Below, in pieces: positions 60,986-64,000 of a stretch of 64,000 bases of DNA (position 1 is its first letter; the number at the start of each line of letters is the position of its first letter). The translations under genes were made by a program, and so were the position numbers. The stretch is taken from contig CATNEN010000039.1 of assembly GCA_950097015.1 (NCBI GenBank), positions 4,526,001-4,590,000 of the forward strand. Direction: 5' to 3'. The notes under the pieces are model-generated. The model worked only from the letters and a program-made list of their open reading frames with translations. It ran no database searches and had not been told where the DNA came from. The stretch is from Macrostomum hystrix. Its lineage: Eukaryota > Animalia > Platyhelminthes.

Positions 60986-61104
60986 ATAGTAGCAATTTCA
61001 TTACAAATTATAAGCTGCTTGCTTTAAATTGATATTTTAGAAGAATTCACATGTTAATCAATTTAAAGCAAGCAGCTTATAGGTTGTAATCAAATTGCTA
61101 CTAT
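60986..61104. repeat. Long inverted repeat (~48-bp arms, ~23-nt loop)
   Basis: ATAGTAGCAATTT.ATTACAA..TATAAGCTGCTTGCTTTAAATTGAT followed by its reverse complement, with a 25-bp perfect inner stem. Confidence 0.85.
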
Positions 61105-63799
61105 ATAAACTTTAATTTTTTAAAGCAGTGAAGCTTGAGGTCTATTTTATATAAAGCTACTTCGTATTATTGCTTATAACGTTTATTTCTTGAAACATAT
61201 CGTAACGCACGCATTTGAAATCGTCAGAAAGGCTAAAATTTTATTAACTAATGTAAGTTGCATTTGATTGAGTATTAACTTAAGTTTGCTTAATGAAAGC
61301 CGCTCAGACAACATGTGTTTGATGATCTCAAAAATACTACGAAGATACACAGACATTGAGTAAAAGGAAAATTATTTTTTTTTTCGTGAGCGAATGTTTT
61401 GGTGGTCTAAGATCATACATTTGTATTATTTATTACATGTATTAGTTTACTTCGTTATATTATTTCATAATTCTACTTTACTTCATTATATAAATTTCAT
61501 GTATTTTCTTACTCTTACCACAACCCTTTCAGCCATTATGGCTGGTCGCCCAGCTGCACCAACAGCTATTTGATCAAAATGGGAGGGTTGCCCTCGCCAC
61601 AGTAATTTTAGTTTAATGTTGTGCTGTATGTAGAGCAGAAAAATCAGAGCCAAATTCATAGAATGCCTACCCTCTACTTAAGCCTAGGTGCAGTTTTTTT
61701 CTACATTTAAAATATTTTCTCTAACTATTTATAATTTGTTGTAGAAGTTTAATCTATAGGCCTATTGACAATTAATTGTCTGTTTTAGATAAATTTAGTC
61801 TTAAGCTATATATAGTTTTCTTGACCTTAATAATTATTTATTAAGTGGTTTGACTTGAGTTGTTTTTTATCAGACTTCTGGTTCCATTTGGCACCATTGG
61901 TCCAAATCAGAAGTCAAGTGACAGCTGGCCAGGTTGGCACCCATCAACATTTTATAGTAAATTCTTAACCTCCACATGGACCAAACTTCAAACTCAAAAA
62001 AGAAAAATTAGTTGTTGAAATTCTTAGAATTTTTAATGTGCAAGTTATTTTTTTAAAATAGAATTCATGATTCCATCAATAATGTTGTCATTCTGATTTT
62101 GGATCACTTTATTGTCTTTATCTAAAAATAAATTAATACTTTTGGCACTAGCCTTATAAACTCAGGGTACCTATGTGGCACAGAATATCTAATTCTGAGT
62201 TGCAAAAAAATTTAGTTTAGCCATATCATATCACCAATTAGACTAAAAACGGTTTCTTAATTTCTTATAATTGTCCTAAAGACAAAAGCTTTTGTCAATT
62301 GCTAATAAAATATAATACTATATTACCTATCTATTATTAATTATTTCTATGCATTGTCTCTGAGAAATTTTGTGTATATCTAATACACAAGTTAGCCCAG
62401 AGCCAGACAACGTTGATCTTGAGTTTTGGTGCAGGTTAGGAGCTCAGAGATGGTAGAGATACCAGTAATCGGCAAACATATAGTTTGATTCCAGTCACTA
62501 TGGGCTAGTTGCAAAACTATTGGCACCAGTTTACTAGAAACCATGAGGGCCACAGATTCATTAGTATTTGTGGGCTATATACAGAGGTGCATATAGGCAA
62601 TAGAGATTGTGTAAAGCTAGGCGTGTCAAGGGCTGCATAAGGTGGGGTGTTAAATGCAATTTATTCTGCCTTGCTAAAGTGCTAAAGTGCATAAGTACAG
62701 TTAATGCTATAGCTACAGCTAAAACTCGGCTATGAGCAAGCAGTGAGATGTACATCGCATGTTTTTTAAAGAAAGTATAGTGCAGCTATGCATTTTTTGC
62801 TTGTTTATTTGTATCATAAATCATTTTGACGTATCAGTTTGATCATCAGTGACTGGCTCTGCCAGAAAAGTGACCGTGTCTGCTACATTATACTGTTGAT
62901 TTGTATGTAATTTTTTCCTTTTGGTTTTTAGTTGGAATTAATATCCTGTTAGTATAGAAGTCATAGATAACATTTTTTCTGCAGTTCTGCTGTAGCTTGG
63001 CGTAAATTTCCTTCCACAAGCTAGATTAACAGACTTACTTATGCTTTTTGAAGAAAACAGTACTATACTACTTTTTTACTACTTCTAGGTGTGAATTATT
63101 ATTTTTGTCCACTGAAACGTTGGAACTACGTTTTCTATGAAAGAAGTGCACACAAAGCACAACCGATCTCATTATCTGTCTCATGTGCAGTTCCAAACTG
63201 CTGCTGGACTGTACTGTGCGTGAGGCAACAATGAAGGTTAGACTTGAAATTCTGTGCTCAGCCACTCAACTCCAGTTTAGTTCTCATTGGCCTGGCACGC
63301 TGCCACTACTGTACCTAGGAAAAAGCGGGCAGAATGAGGTTGGGGGCTAATCTAGTTCTAGAAATTATTTTCATTCATTCACTGCTCTGCTCTCACTCAA
63401 TATGCTCATTTCTGTCCGTTCTTGTGTAAACATTCTGTCCACTCTGCTAACAAGCCCTGAACTGAGCTAAATCACCTTTATTTACTATTTTACCTGCATA
63501 TTGTGTGCTGTGTCTGTGTTTGTGAGAGAGAGACAGGTAGGCAACCCCAGGGTCTAGTTTCTATGCGGTCTGAACGCTTGATACGTGGCTCGTTGACACG
63601 TTCAAACAGTAGATTGTCTGTAGCGTTAAGTGCCCCCAATCGAATTATACTGTTATTAATCAACCAATCCTACCTGTCTATCTTGCTCTGTAGCCTTCTG
63701 TGTCTGACACTGAATAACTTTGAGCTAGTCCTGCAGTTAAAAGTTCGCTTATTACTTTTACTTTTAAGTAAAATTAAGAGTTTTTTAAGCTTGAGCTTC

Positions 63800-63930
63800 G
63801 GCGGAGAGAAGGCTTGGGGGCTTGTCGTGCAATTTTACGCCGTTAAGGGCCAACCTCCAAGGGCACAGTGAAGTGTACACTGCCTGACGATGAGAAAGTC
63901 AGGGCAGATGTACACACCTGTGAGTGAGAG
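63800..63930 (+). mobile_element. SINE family 1, 5'-truncated copy
   Basis: GGCGGAGAGAAGGCTTGGGGG...GTGTACACTGCCTGACGATGAGAAAGTCAGGGCAGATGTACACACCTGTGAG. Confidence 0.8.
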
Positions 63931-64000
63931 TATATGCCTGCGTATGGTATCTAGTCAGCGAAATGGACAGAATTGCCTCCTCGCTGGCTTCGGGTCTAGT

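Overview
Eukaryotic (animal) genomic DNA with short GT-AG introns and about 20 unrelated minisatellite arrays (roughly 17 kb by hand count, mostly in the first 40 kb). This landscape suggests a flatworm such as Macrostomum, which is an inference only. Host genes: a 7-exon macoilin (minus strand, 12365-21598), a 4-exon Tbx6-like T-box gene (minus, 31349-35773), and a cluster of three Delta/DSL-type Notch-ligand-like genes (43.9-59.0 kb). Two of the three share an almost identical promoter, signal peptide, MNNL/C2 and DSL head but have unrelated EGF stalks (10 vs 2 EGFs; the third has 13). Mobile DNA: a decayed Ngaro-type tyrosine-recombinase retrotransposon with B-A-B split repeats, whose RT is interrupted by a solo LTR that could be spliced out in frame; an intact DD34D mariner; non-LTR retrotransposon fragments; MITE-like elements; and at least two tRNA-derived SINE families. 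Most long ORFs in the ORF track are minisatellite artefacts. Coordinates were counted by hand and may be off by a few bases.
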